Positions 1 through 9,908 of a DNA stretch of 64,000 nt are shown here, piece after piece. Numbering within the stretch: the first letter of the stretch is position 1; the number at the start of each line of letters is the position of its first letter. Source of the DNA: Williopsis jadinii. Taxonomy: Eukaryota. Under the pieces are notes generated by a model. It saw only the letters and a program-made list of their open reading frames with translations. It had not been told where the DNA came from and did not search any database. Location of the stretch: NCBI GenBank assembly GCA_024346625.1, contig AP024666.1, positions 682,001-746,000 of the forward strand. The letters are read 5' to 3'. Position numbers and translations under genes: made by a program.

Positions 1-508
1 ACAACAACAGTGGAAACTCTGTCTAAGATCTTCCATATATATATACGTATGGCTGCTGAAGTTGTGAGACATAAAACCTAACGTGCACGTTTTCCCACTG
101 CTGTCCGTCTGTCAAAATTCAGTGGGTCGGCATCAGAGTAACAGCGCTTGCGGCCTGAGTAGGCGTGGCGCTTCGTATTGGCAGAACGGTATGGACAGCA
201 CGGCACGGGTGATTCTCAATACGGTAATTGCGCAGATGACCCAAAAGGGAAGCGCTAAAGCGCAAATACCCTTTCAGGAAACATACCCCTTTTAGGCATA
301 TTTTGTCGTCATCTTGGCCTCCTCTTTCTTCTTTTCTTTTTCTCTGTGTTTCCCAGGGGATTTTCCCGAGACTCGCCCGCTGCATAGAAACGACGACTCA
401 TCGCATTTCTCGAAAGACTTTTCATCTCTTTTTCCTCTTCTCCATTCTCTTCAGTCCTCTTCATCACAGCACAAGCCAGTGGAGGCAAACACATCCGACG
501 TAGACACC

Positions 509-1519
509 ATGAGCCATTTCTCGCATGTTGTGATTGATAACCGCGCGATCAGCGGTATCACTGGGTATGTCGTCCATGGTTGATTCGGCGGTGTATGCCT
601 GTTTATTACGACGAGTACTAACCCCAGGTTTCCCAGGTCTATATCGATTTCGTTCTGGCTGATTGTGTTCATGCCGCAAATCTATGAAAACGTATGTTAC
701 TATTGTTCTCTCTGACTCACCTTGTGTCGTGCTAACAAGTTGTCGAATGCTCAGTGGATGCGCCAAAGTTCTGAAGGCTTATCGTTGTTATTCGTTGTGC
801 TGTGGTTGGCTGGTGATGTCTTCAACGTGCTGGGGGCAGTGCTACAGCACGTCTTGCCAACGATGATCATATTGGCTGTATACTACACCGTGGCGGACCT
901 GATCCTGCTTTTCCAGATATACCTCTACGGCGACGGCTCGAACGTTGATCCGGTGCACCTATCGCCTGCTAATCCTCTCACGGAGAACATGTACGACGAG
1001 ATTAGGGAAGACGTGTTTGGAGACGAGGATTCGTGCTCCTCCACGGATGCAGAGCGCCAAAGAGGCAGACATCCACAGGAATCGAAACGCTCGTTGATGG
1101 TACAGGGCTCTTTGATTGCGCTTGTGATACTGTCCGGTGTGTTGGGTTGGTACTTCACTTATAAGCCAGATGACGACATTAAGGAGCCGGACTTGACATT
1201 TGACCCAATGGCCCAGTTCTTTGGTTGGCTCTCTGCTGCGTTGTACCTGGGCTCACGCTTACCGCAGATCTTGTTGAACTACAAGAGAAAATCGTGTGAA
1301 GGCATTTCATTTTTGTTCTTCTTATGCGCATGCCTGGGTAACTTGACATATGTCATCTCCATCCTCTCCATTAGCATTGATCCATACTACTTACTGGTGC
1401 AATCAAGTTGGCTAACCGGATCGATCGGTACGCTCTCGATGGATTTTGTTATCTTTGTCCAATTCTTTTTATACCATAAGGATGATGATGACGATTCCGT
1501 CGATGAGATCACTGCATAG
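509..1519 (+). CDS. YPQ1: PQ-loop vacuolar cationic amino acid transporter (Ypq1/Ypq2/Rtc2 family); 3 exons 509-564, 637-691, 755-1519
   Basis: Spliced product reads MSHFSHVVIDNRAISGITG/SISISFWLIVFMPQIYEN/WMRQSSEGLSLLFVVLWLAGD...SRLPQILLNYKRKSCEGIS, with two PQ loops. YPQ1 is close to MSH2 in S. cerevisiae (recalled). Paralog assignment uncertain. Confidence 0.85.
565..636 (+). other. spliceosomal intron 1 of PQ-loop gene
   Basis: GTATGT at 565, TACTAAC at 616-622, CAG ending 636 (alternative CAG ending 627); splicing restores GITGSISI. Confidence 0.85.
692..754 (+). other. spliceosomal intron 2 of PQ-loop gene
   Basis: GTATGT at 692, TGCTAAC at 730-736, CAG ending 754; phase 0, joins PQIYEN to WMRQSSEGLS. 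Confidence 0.85.
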
Positions 1520-1692
1520 ATTTCTCATAAACACCACACTCTCCACAAGATTTATTCACATTTAGATAGATTTGATGTTTAGTTTAATGATAGGTTTTTA
1601 CCCTCTTTTTGGGATGGTCCCAAAAAGCTGCAGCCGAAAACAGAAGACGCGCAACAAACAGAAAACCAAGTGGTACACGAACTTTTTTGGCG

Positions 1693-1698
1693 ACGCGT
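1693..1698. promoter_or_regulatory. MCB element (ACGCGT) upstream of MSH2
   Basis: Exact ACGCGT ~70 nt before the MSH2 ATG; MSH2 is an MBF/G1-S gene in budding yeasts. Confidence 0.6.
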
Positions 1699-1766
1699 CT
1701 GCTTTTGTTTTGCTTTCTACTCCCAACATCAACAAGTTAGAACAGGAAAGGCAGTGCAAACAAAGC

Positions 1767-4547
1767 ATGAGCAGTACAAGGCCAGAGCTCAAGTTCTCAG
1801 ACACTGCGGATGAGAGAAGCTTCTATAGGAAGTTTCAGAAGCTGGAGCCGAAACAGGAGAACACGATCCGTATTGTGGATAAGGGTGATTACTACTCGGT
1901 CTTTGCCGAGGACGCGAGATTTGTTGCTGAGTTGATCTATAGGACAACCAGTGTCATTAAAGAGGCACAAGGCGTGGAGTACGTCACTGTATCGCCGGCT
2001 GTACTTTCAAACTTGTTGCAACAGTGTCTGTTTGAAAAGGGCCTCAAGATTGAATTCTACGATAAGGCTTGGAACCTCATCAAGTTTGCATCGCCAGGTA
2101 ATATTGAAGCAGTTGAGGACTTGTTCAACTCTTCTGAAGTCGAGAGTGCACTAGTCGTTGTATCTTTGAAAGTGTCCAACAAAGCTGACGGTAAAACAAT
2201 CGGGTTCTGCTTCGTCGACACGAACGCTAAGGAAATCAGTGTCTCGGAGTTCTTGGACAACGATTTGTATTCAAACCTGGAGAGTTTTTTAATCCAGATT
2301 GATGCAAAGGAGGTTATCATCCAACAGCCGAATTCAATTGAAGATCCCGATTTCGTTAAGATGGCCGGGTTAATTGAAAGATGTGGTCCAAGAATCACAC
2401 AGGTGAAGCCGTCTGACTTCAACACCAATGACGTCGAACAGGACTTGACGAGACTTTTAGGCGACGATCTTGCACTGTCTGTTGGAGAAGAGGCAAAGAG
2501 CATCATTGGATTGGGTGCAGCAGGAGCCATAATTAGGTACTTGGGGCTCCTTACTGATGACTCTAACTTTGGTGCCTTTAAGCTGAAACCTCACGCACTA
2601 AACCAATTCATGAAATTAGACTCGTCAGCAGTGAAGTCTTTGAATCTCCTACCAGCCAGTAAAACAAACAACAGTGGGAAGAACTCTAGTGTCTTTGATC
2701 TCCTTAACCATTGTAAAAGTGTCGGTGGTGTTAGATTGTTACACCAATGGATTAAACAGCCACTTGTGGACGTCGATGACATTACAGCACGTCATCAATT
2801 GGTTGAATTGTTGATAGAGGATACTGAGATGAGATCAACTCTACAATCTGATCTGTTGCCTTCGATCCCGGATATCAGAAGGCTGAACAAGAAGCTTGCC
2901 AAGTCTAGACATGCAAATCTGGAAGACGTTGTAAGAATCTATCAGTTCTTGATTAAAGTGGCGGATATCATAGATTTATTGGAGTCAAAGCAAAATAGTA
3001 TTACTGATGAGGAGCTACAGATCTTGGTTGATGTAACATGGACAACGGAGATTAAGAGATGTTATGAACCACTGATGAAACTTCAAGAAATGGTGGAAAC
3101 CACTGTTGACTTGGACAGCTTGGAGCGTCATGAGTTTGTCATTAAGCCAGATTATGACGAGCAGCTCTTGGAGTACAGACAAAGATTGGACAACATTGAA
3201 GATGAAATCAGATCAATTCACCAAGAAGTTGCACAAGAACTTGACCTGGACCCCGATAAGAAGCTGAAACTTGAACTACACCCAAACCACGGCTGGTGTA
3301 TGAGACTTACCCGTACCGAGGAACGTTCCATTAGAGGTAAACCTGAGTTTATCGAATTACAAACTGTCAAGGCTGGTGTATTCTTCACCACTGAGACTAT
3401 GCGAGAGATTAGTGCAGAAAGTATTGACATTCAACATAAGTATGCTCGTCAACAATCGTCTCTGGTGAAGGAAATTGTCGCCATCACTGTGACTTATGCC
3501 CCAGTTTTGGAAAGTCTGTCATTGGTGTTGGCAAACCTGGATGTTATTGTATCTTTTGCACATGTATCTGCCTATGCACCTGTTGCTTATGTTCGTCCAA
3601 AAATGCATGGTCTCAATTCTAACGTTGGACGTACAATTCTGAAGGAGGCTAGACACCCATGTGTTGAAATGCAAGATGAAGTTACATTCATTGCTAATGA
3701 TTATGAGTTGATCAAGTCTGAAACAGAATTCTTGATTATTACAGGTCCAAATATGGGTGGTAAATCGACTTACATTCGTCAGCTTGGAGTTATTTCTCTT
3801 ATGGCACAGATAGGGTGTTTCGTTCCAGCTAGCGAGGCAGAGTTGTGTGTTATTGATGCTATACTTGCAAGAATCGGTGCCGGTGACTCCCAATTGAAAG
3901 GTGTATCAACATTTATGGTTGAAATGCTCGAAACTGCATCGATCTTGAAAACAGCTACAACGAACTCATTGATCATTATTGACGAGCTTGGAAGAGGTAC
4001 AAGTACTTATGACGGGTTTGGACTTGCGTGGGCGATCTCTGAGCATATCTCTCAGAACTTGCACTGCTTTACGCTGTTCGCAACACATTTCCATGAACTT
4101 ACCAGGCTTTCAGAGACTGTTCCAACAGTTAAGAACTTACACGTTGTAGCCCACGTTGGTGAGTCCCACAACACAGAAGATATCACACTTTTGTACAAAG
4201 TGGAACCTGGTATTTCCGATCAATCTTTCGGTATTCATGTTGCTGAAGTTGTCAAATTTCCCCATAAAATCATTTCTATGGCCAAAAGGAAAGCGTCCGA
4301 GTTAGAGGGTGAAAATGACAACAAGGACGATCCATATGTCAGTGATAAGAGGACCAAGTGCACCAGTAAAGAGATAGAGGAAGGTTCCAAACTCCTAAGG
4401 AAGATACTAAAACAATGGAGAGCAACAGTTGATCTGGACACCGACCCAAGTGATGAAGTCGTTACCAAATTGAGGCAACTCGTTCAAACCGAATACAAGA
4501 GTGAAATCCAAGAGAACAAATTTATCAGTGAAGTCCTAGAACTATGA
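1767..4547 (+). CDS. MSH2: DNA mismatch repair protein MutS homolog 2
   Basis: Starts MSSTRPELKFSD; Walker A GPNMGGKSTYIRQ, DELGRGTSTYDG, FATHFHELT, DQSFGIHVAE. Confidence 0.97.
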   Translation: MSSTRPELKFSDTADERSFYRKFQKLEPKQENTIRIVDKGDYYSVFAEDARFVAELIYRTTSVIKEAQGVEYVTVSPAVLSNLLQQCLFEKGLKIEFYDKAWNLIKFASPGNIEAVEDLFNSSEVESALVVVSLKVSNKADGKTIGFCFVDTNAKEISVSEFLDNDLYSNLESFLIQIDAKEVIIQQPNSIEDPDFVKMAGLIERCGPRITQVKPSDFNTNDVEQDLTRLLGDDLALSVGEEAKSIIGLGAAGAIIRYLGLLTDDSNFGAFKLKPHALNQFMKLDSSAVKSLNLLPASKTNNSGKNSSVFDLLNHCKSVGGVRLLHQWIKQPLVDVDDITARHQLVELLIEDTEMRSTLQSDLLPSIPDIRRLNKKLAKSRHANLEDVVRIYQFLIKVADIIDLLESKQNSITDEELQILVDVTWTTEIKRCYEPLMKLQEMVETTVDLDSLERHEFVIKPDYDEQLLEYRQRLDNIEDEIRSIHQEVAQELDLDPDKKLKLELHPNHGWCMRLTRTEERSIRGKPEFIELQTVKAGVFFTTETMREISAESIDIQHKYARQQSSLVKEIVAITVTYAPVLESLSLVLANLDVIVSFAHVSAYAPVAYVRPKMHGLNSNVGRTILKEARHPCVEMQDEVTFIANDYELIKSETEFLIITGPNMGGKSTYIRQLGVISLMAQIGCFVPASEAELCVIDAILARIGAGDSQLKGVSTFMVEMLETASILKTATTNSLIIIDELGRGTSTYDGFGLAWAISEHISQNLHCFTLFATHFHELTRLSETVPTVKNLHVVAHVGESHNTEDITLLYKVEPGISDQSFGIHVAEVVKFPHKIISMAKRKASELEGENDNKDDPYVSDKRTKCTSKEIEEGSKLLRKILKQWRATVDLDTDPSDEVVTKLRQLVQTEYKSEIQENKFISEVLEL

Positions 4548-4571
4548 ATCTATATTGTTCCATATCTAAAT

Positions 4572-5684
4572 CTATTTCGTAGCTTTGGAGTGCTGTTCAA
4601 TGACGTATTGGATCAAGCTCCGTGCAATTGCCTGTTTTGGTGGTAATGTCCAATCTGCTGTACCACCATTTTCCAAGTGTTTGATCTCTTCAATACTAAA
4701 CCATTTAGCATCGGCCAATTCTGGATCATGTCCCAGATGTATAACTTCATTGACACCATTTGGATCCACATAAATGACACATCCAATCATCAAGTTTGCG
4801 GGATAAGGCCAAGGCTGACTCTTGATGATTTGAACCTCTGTTCCTCTAACACCAGTTTCCTCCCATGCTTCTCTCATGGATGCAACCTCAATCGTCTCAG
4901 ACGGTTCTAGGAATCCAGCTATACAGCTGTACATGTTACCAGGGAATCTCTTCCCGCGACCCAATAGCACTTTACTGTGGTCCCTTGTAACTATAGCAGA
5001 GATAACCACTGGATCAGTTCTTGGGAATGAGACGTTTGACACGGTTGCGGTCTTCACAGGACAGTTCTGGTCATCTGTGGAGGAGCATAACATCTTAGTG
5101 CCTGCGTGTATAGCAAGCGTTTTTGAACCACAGCCTGCACAGAATCTAATACGGTTCATCCAGTCCAAGTACATCTTCCCATGGCTCATCATCGAAGCTT
5201 CAAAGTTACCCAGGTGGAAGATTGTACCTCTATCCTTATACAGTGTTGCTTTCTTCGCCTTGAGGAACTCGTTCAACGCATACTCGTTGGTGGTCAAATC
5301 AACTGCAAAGAATGCTAAGCCTGAATACTGCTTGTATTTAATCCCATCTTGCGATTCATCAATGCCGAGAAATGCAACACGGACCTCATCAGCTGCAACA
5401 CCCCTTCTGTTGTTAACAATCCATGTGTTTAACAGCTCCTCGAAATCCTTAAACGTAGCGTATATCAACTCTGCTCCTTCAACCGTCCCAGCTGGGGCGC
5501 CATTGCTCATAACAAGAATCTTTGAGCTGCCTTCTCTCAGAGCCAATTCAATAAAGTCCGCATCTTCACGTAGGAATGACACCCTGTTCACAGTATCCTG
5601 TCCGAAGAAGATAGAACTATCCTTATCACTACAGCCAGTCATACTGTTGGTTAGATGTCCGCTCACTTGTTGAAGTCGGTTCAT
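4572..5684 (-). CDS. NPY1: NADH pyrophosphatase (NudC-type Nudix hydrolase) with N-terminal PTS2
   Basis: Zn ribbon FCAGCG, FPRTDPVVI, Nudix box AGFLEPSETIEVASMREAWEETG, SQPWPYP. First ATG at 5684 (ORF track starts at TTG). Confidence 0.93.
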   Translation of the reverse strand: MNRLQQVSGHLTNSMTGCSDKDSSIFFGQDTVNRVSFLREDADFIELALREGSSKILVMSNGAPAGTVEGAELIYATFKDFEELLNTWIVNNRRGVAADEVRVAFLGIDESQDGIKYKQYSGLAFFAVDLTTNEYALNEFLKAKKATLYKDRGTIFHLGNFEASMMSHGKMYLDWMNRIRFCAGCGSKTLAIHAGTKMLCSSTDDQNCPVKTATVSNVSFPRTDPVVISAIVTRDHSKVLLGRGKRFPGNMYSCIAGFLEPSETIEVASMREAWEETGVRGTEVQIIKSQPWPYPANLMIGCVIYVDPNGVNEVIHLGHDPELADAKWFSIEEIKHLENGGTADWTLPPKQAIARSLIQYVIEQHSKATK

Positions 5685-6126
5685 ATTCAATCTTTCCGAG
5701 TCTTTTTTATAACGGCAGTTGATGACTAAACATTTGGCTGAAAAATGCCTTTGCTAAAGTCCCAGACCACTTTTGTGGAGAAGAAAATTGACAAAAACAT
5801 CATAAACGAGTCTGTGGGCCAAACCACATTTAGCCAGCAGAAAGAAGCACCAACTATATCAACCAGCAATATCGGAACAGTCCATCAAATTTACTCTTGA
5901 ATGAGTAATTACATATGTATTCTAATAGTAAAAAAGTCAAGATGGAAGTAAGGGAATGCAACGGAATGAAAGGAGAATAGAAAAGAGACGTTCAATTGGT
6001 AAGTTTTACAAAGAGAAAAAAAAGAAGGATGGAGGGAGAGGCGCGAGGAGAAATAGATTGAAACCAATTGACGTGTGAACAAAGAGGGAAGAAACCAAAT
6101 GGAATAATATAGACCTGTTAATACCA

Positions 6127-7518
6127 TTATAGCCATTGCTGGTTATGATTGACTTGCGGTTGCGGTAATGGCTCCTTCTTCGAGGTATCCTGATAGATCT
6201 CGTCTTCCGGAGGCTGTTGTTGAGTAACGGTCTCGTTGTTCCATCCAGCTATACGTGTTTGATCGTCACGAGTTAAAGTGCCCTTTCCTGCAAGTGGTTG
6301 TTGTCTTGCTCTGAGAGCATCACGATAATACTCATCTTGCTTATCATTCACATCCTTCTGTCTAGTTGCCAATGAACTTTGTGGGTCCGGTTGTTGTGCT
6401 AATTGTTGGCCTTGTTGTGTAAAGAGTTGGTCATGCTCTGCAATGTATTGTTGTTGTTGTTGCTGCTGCTGTTGTTGTGCTTGTTGTTGTAATTGTTGAT
6501 GCTGTTGTGATACTGGTTGTTGTTGTTGCTGTTGTTTTTGTTGAGATTGGTCCTTTTTGTTCTGCTCATCCTCGGCATCCTTTGGAGCCAACATCTGTTG
6601 TTGCTTCTTCTGAACTGCCCAGTCAAATACGTAATCATACTTGTAACCTTCTCTGACAAAGAGATCCCTAAAGAGTCTGCGCAAGTATGTGTAGTCTGGC
6701 TTATCTTCAAATCTGAGTGATCTTGTGTAATTCAAGTAATGGACAAACTCCACAGGTAACCCTCTTCCCAACAGATCAGCAGGTGTTGACATTTTCTTCT
6801 CCATGATACGGTCGTACTTCTGTCTCTTTGTCGCAGCTTTCAAGCCTTGCCATGGTAGAGAGCCCCTACAGAAATATATTAACACATAGCCCAAACTCTC
6901 CAAGTCATCCCTTCTTGATTGTTCGATACCCAGATGTGTGTTTATACTTGCATATCTCGCAGTACCTGTCAAGTTCTTATTCTCCCTATAAGGGATATGG
7001 AGATGTGTTCTTGGATCTCTAAACTTCTTAGCCAAACCAAAATCGATAACGTTAACCTGGGAACCTCTTTTGCCAATCCCCATTAAAAAGTTATCCGGTT
7101 TGACATCTCTGTGTATGAAGCATCTTGCATGGAGGTACTCCATGCGGCACAACAGTTGGTCAGCGAGGAGTAAGACCGTCTTGTATGAGAATTTTCTGTT
7201 ACAGTAGTTGAACAAATCTTCCAAAGAAGGGCCCAAAAGGTCCATAACCATGGCGTTATAATCGCACTCACGTCCATACCATCTTACAAACGGGATACCG
7301 ACACCACCACTCAACGCCTTGTAAACCCTCGCCTCATACTCCAACTGAGGATGTCTTGCATTAACGCTCTCCAACTTGATCGCAACGTGTTCGCCGGATA
7401 CGATGTTTGTGCCCAGGTAGATGTCACCAAAGGACCCGCTTCCAATCTTTCGCCCGATACGGAACTTTCTTCCAACCCTGAGGTCCATCGCTGTGTCAGG
7501 AGGTCTTGAAAGACTCAT
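6127..7518 (-). CDS. HRR25: casein kinase I delta-type with Gln-rich tail
   Basis: [52 protein letters not shown]. Start either 7518 or 7488. Confidence 0.95.
   Translation of the reverse strand: MSLSRPPDTAMDLRVGRKFRIGRKIGSGSFGDIYLGTNIVSGEHVAIKLESVNARHPQLEYEARVYKALSGGVGIPFVRWYGRECDYNAMVMDLLGPSLEDLFNYCNRKFSYKTVLLLADQLLCRMEYLHARCFIHRDVKPDNFLMGIGKRGSQVNVIDFGLAKKFRDPRTHLHIPYRENKNLTGTARYASINTHLGIEQSRRDDLESLGYVLIYFCRGSLPWQGLKAATKRQKYDRIMEKKMSTPADLLGRGLPVEFVHYLNYTRSLRFEDKPDYTYLRRLFRDLFVREGYKYDYVFDWAVQKKQQQMLAPKDAEDEQNKKDQSQQKQQQQQQPVSQQHQQLQQQAQQQQQQQQQQYIAEHDQLFTQQGQQLAQQPDPQSSLATRQKDVNDKQDEYYRDALRARQQPLAGKGTLTRDDQTRIAGWNNETVTQQQPPEDEIYQDTSKKEPLPQPQVNHNQQWL
6400..6545 (-). repeat. CAA/CAG poly-Gln coding tract in HRR25 tail
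   Basis: Runs of tgt/tgc triplets on + strand; QQQQ tracts in translation. Confidence 0.85.
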
Positions 7519-8653
7519 CTTGGGTTTCTGGCTAACGCGTGCGCTGTAATGAAACAGAAGTGGAAGAAGTACACACACACAATGATTATCAACCTATGAC
7601 AGACACAGGAGTTTGTAAACAATAAACCCCTCCGCTGAAATCAAATAAACGATGGGAACCAACCAACCGGAATCGAGGGAAAAACACAGACAATCTCTCT
7701 TGTCTCTGATCTATCGAATCCTTTTCCTTAACCGCCGCGTAAATAGTAACAGCCGCCGTGTGTATACTTTATCAGGAGTGGGAAAAAAGGGGGTACGTGG
7801 GTTCTTGTTTGTTGTTGATGTTTGTTGTTTTGCACTTGTGGTAAATTATTTTCGTTGTTAAAAAGAAGGAAAGAGAAAAAAAGGAAAGGAAAAGTGAGGA
7901 AGAAAGGTGACGTTGGGTCTTTTTTTCCAAGCTTGTTCGCTCCGTCTAAAATTTCTTTTCGCTGTAAGCAGCTGTGGTTTTGCTTCCTTGTTTTTGTGTG
8001 TGCGCGCCTACCGTCCGTCGCCCGCTGTTTAAACCTCCCACTAAAAGTTTTTATTAGCTAAAGAGACGGGGAAATTGACACGCAGCGTACAGAGCAAACT
8101 TTTGGGGAGGTCCCTCCCGCCAGCACACAAAAAAAGAGAAAGCAGTCAGCCAGCGGGAGGCCCCGCCAACGGAGACACGGGGATTTTCAGAAAGTTTATG
8201 GAGTTATAAATCACCGGGGGAATAAGACTTGGTTTCCAGGAACTAAAAAAAATGAGGGAAGACAGATTCCATGGCATCTTCGTATAGAAATAAGACAGTG
8301 TACTTTTCAGCTGTTTATTCCATCGAAGAAAGCAGAGGGAGCTGAGCAGAACAAGGAAGCACTAAAAAAGCCAGCCGTTTATCGCAGTTTCTCTTCTATG
8401 GTTCTTCTTCCTACGAACGGGCCAAATCTCGTAGATGTATATTCACACAATGTGCGTATGGTAGAAATGATGAGGTTGGAAAAGATGGGCATCTTCCGCA
8501 ATCCTGTGTTACCCTACCTTCCAGCTATCCAGAAGGAAGACCGCGGTAATGTCTGTTGCGCCTATCGCTAAAGCGGTCGGGGCAACACACACTGGCATAG
8601 CACCGAAGGTCACAACAGCGTTGAAACGTAGAGGTCAGATTATGTCCCAATGA

Positions 8654-9802
8654 ATGAAGACTGGAAGCGAGCAAATGGAGGACTACGAGGGATTAATAGA
8701 GGATGGGTTCGATGCTAAGGGGTTTGCGAACGACCTACTCATTGCAACGAACTCGTCTCGTAAAGAATTGGATATCTCAACGTCGATAAAGAGGGTAAGA
8801 TTCGATATAAACAACCTGGAGCTACAGATGGAAAAGGTCAGCGCAGAGGAACATGGCTCGTTGATCAACGAGATTAGGGTCGATATGGCTACAAAGCAAA
8901 TGTTTGAGCAGCTAGACCAGCCTTTAACACATATCACCTCGTCGTATGATCGTATCCAGAAGGACCTGCTGACTCCCTACAACAAGGCATTGAAGACTCA
9001 AGAGGTGTTGAAAAAGGTCCACACCACCTCTTTCTTGCTAAGATCAGTGACACATTTCCTCTTGCTGATCCAACAGATCCAGGAATTACAATCAGCACCG
9101 CAGTTCTTGTCGACAACGTCAAAGCACTCAAGTACGTTGTTGAAATTGGCTAACTTACACAACCAATTGGATAAACATCTTGCGGAGAATCCAAATCTGA
9201 AGTCTCTAAAGATTATCCGTGACTACGAACCCGTGGATTTTAAACAAAAGTTGGAGCTGAAAGAGCTGATTACCACCCAGGTTCGAGCAATCTCAGACAA
9301 AAACTTGGACTCGACTTCGATGTCTTATCTGAAGGCACTGTATGCGTTGGATCAACAATACACTCTTGATACTCTCAAGACAATACTCTCAAATGAGGTC
9401 ACCATATCAGTGAATACATTAGTAAGGGTTTTGACCTCGCCAAGAAACATATCGACAGCCCTTGAACAAGTGTTGATGAGGGCAAAGTTTATACGGAAAT
9501 TATCCGGCTACTTACACGATACAACACTACAATCCGATAAGACTTTGCTTTCAGAATTACTGCAATCTTTTGAATTGGACTCTTTATTATCTGTATTCTG
9601 GAGAAATTTTGCAAAGAAATTCGAACCAAAGATGAGAGAAACCATGCAAAGGGGTGGCCCAGTAGCAAAGAGTCTGATAAGTTACAAAGATCAAATCAGA
9701 TCAAGCATTAAAAAGACAGTGTTACAGAGTGATAACTCTTTAACAGACCATGGGGTTGAGGTTCGAATGATGTTGAACAGCGTGCGCTCCCTAGATAGGT
9801 AA
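8654..9802 (+). CDS. COG5: conserved oligomeric Golgi complex subunit 5
   Basis: N-terminal FDAKGFANDLLIATN...LDISTSIKRVRFDI and C-terminal FWRNFAKKFEPKMRETMQRGGPVAKSL typical of fungal Cog5. Start may be 8675. Confidence 0.85.
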   Translation: MKTGSEQMEDYEGLIEDGFDAKGFANDLLIATNSSRKELDISTSIKRVRFDINNLELQMEKVSAEEHGSLINEIRVDMATKQMFEQLDQPLTHITSSYDRIQKDLLTPYNKALKTQEVLKKVHTTSFLLRSVTHFLLLIQQIQELQSAPQFLSTTSKHSSTLLKLANLHNQLDKHLAENPNLKSLKIIRDYEPVDFKQKLELKELITTQVRAISDKNLDSTSMSYLKALYALDQQYTLDTLKTILSNEVTISVNTLVRVLTSPRNISTALEQVLMRAKFIRKLSGYLHDTTLQSDKTLLSELLQSFELDSLLSVFWRNFAKKFEPKMRETMQRGGPVAKSLISYKDQIRSSIKKTVLQSDNSLTDHGVEVRMMLNSVRSLDR

Positions 9803-9908
9803 ACTACAGCTAGTTATACTTCATACCACATATGCAATAGCACGCTATTGATTCATCGTTAAATTAATGTCAAGTTATATACCATAAGCATCAGCGTTAC
9901 ACATAATA

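Noticed and set aside
1572..1766. ORF-track N-terminal extensions of MSH2 (similarly CDH1, AGC1, IMH1, HOS4)
   Set aside because: Mostly non-ATG starts running through promoter sequence; recognisable homology begins at downstream ATGs.
4876..5673. 265-aa antisense ORF
   Set aside because: Shadow of NPY1 in the mirrored codon frame; no recognisable domain.
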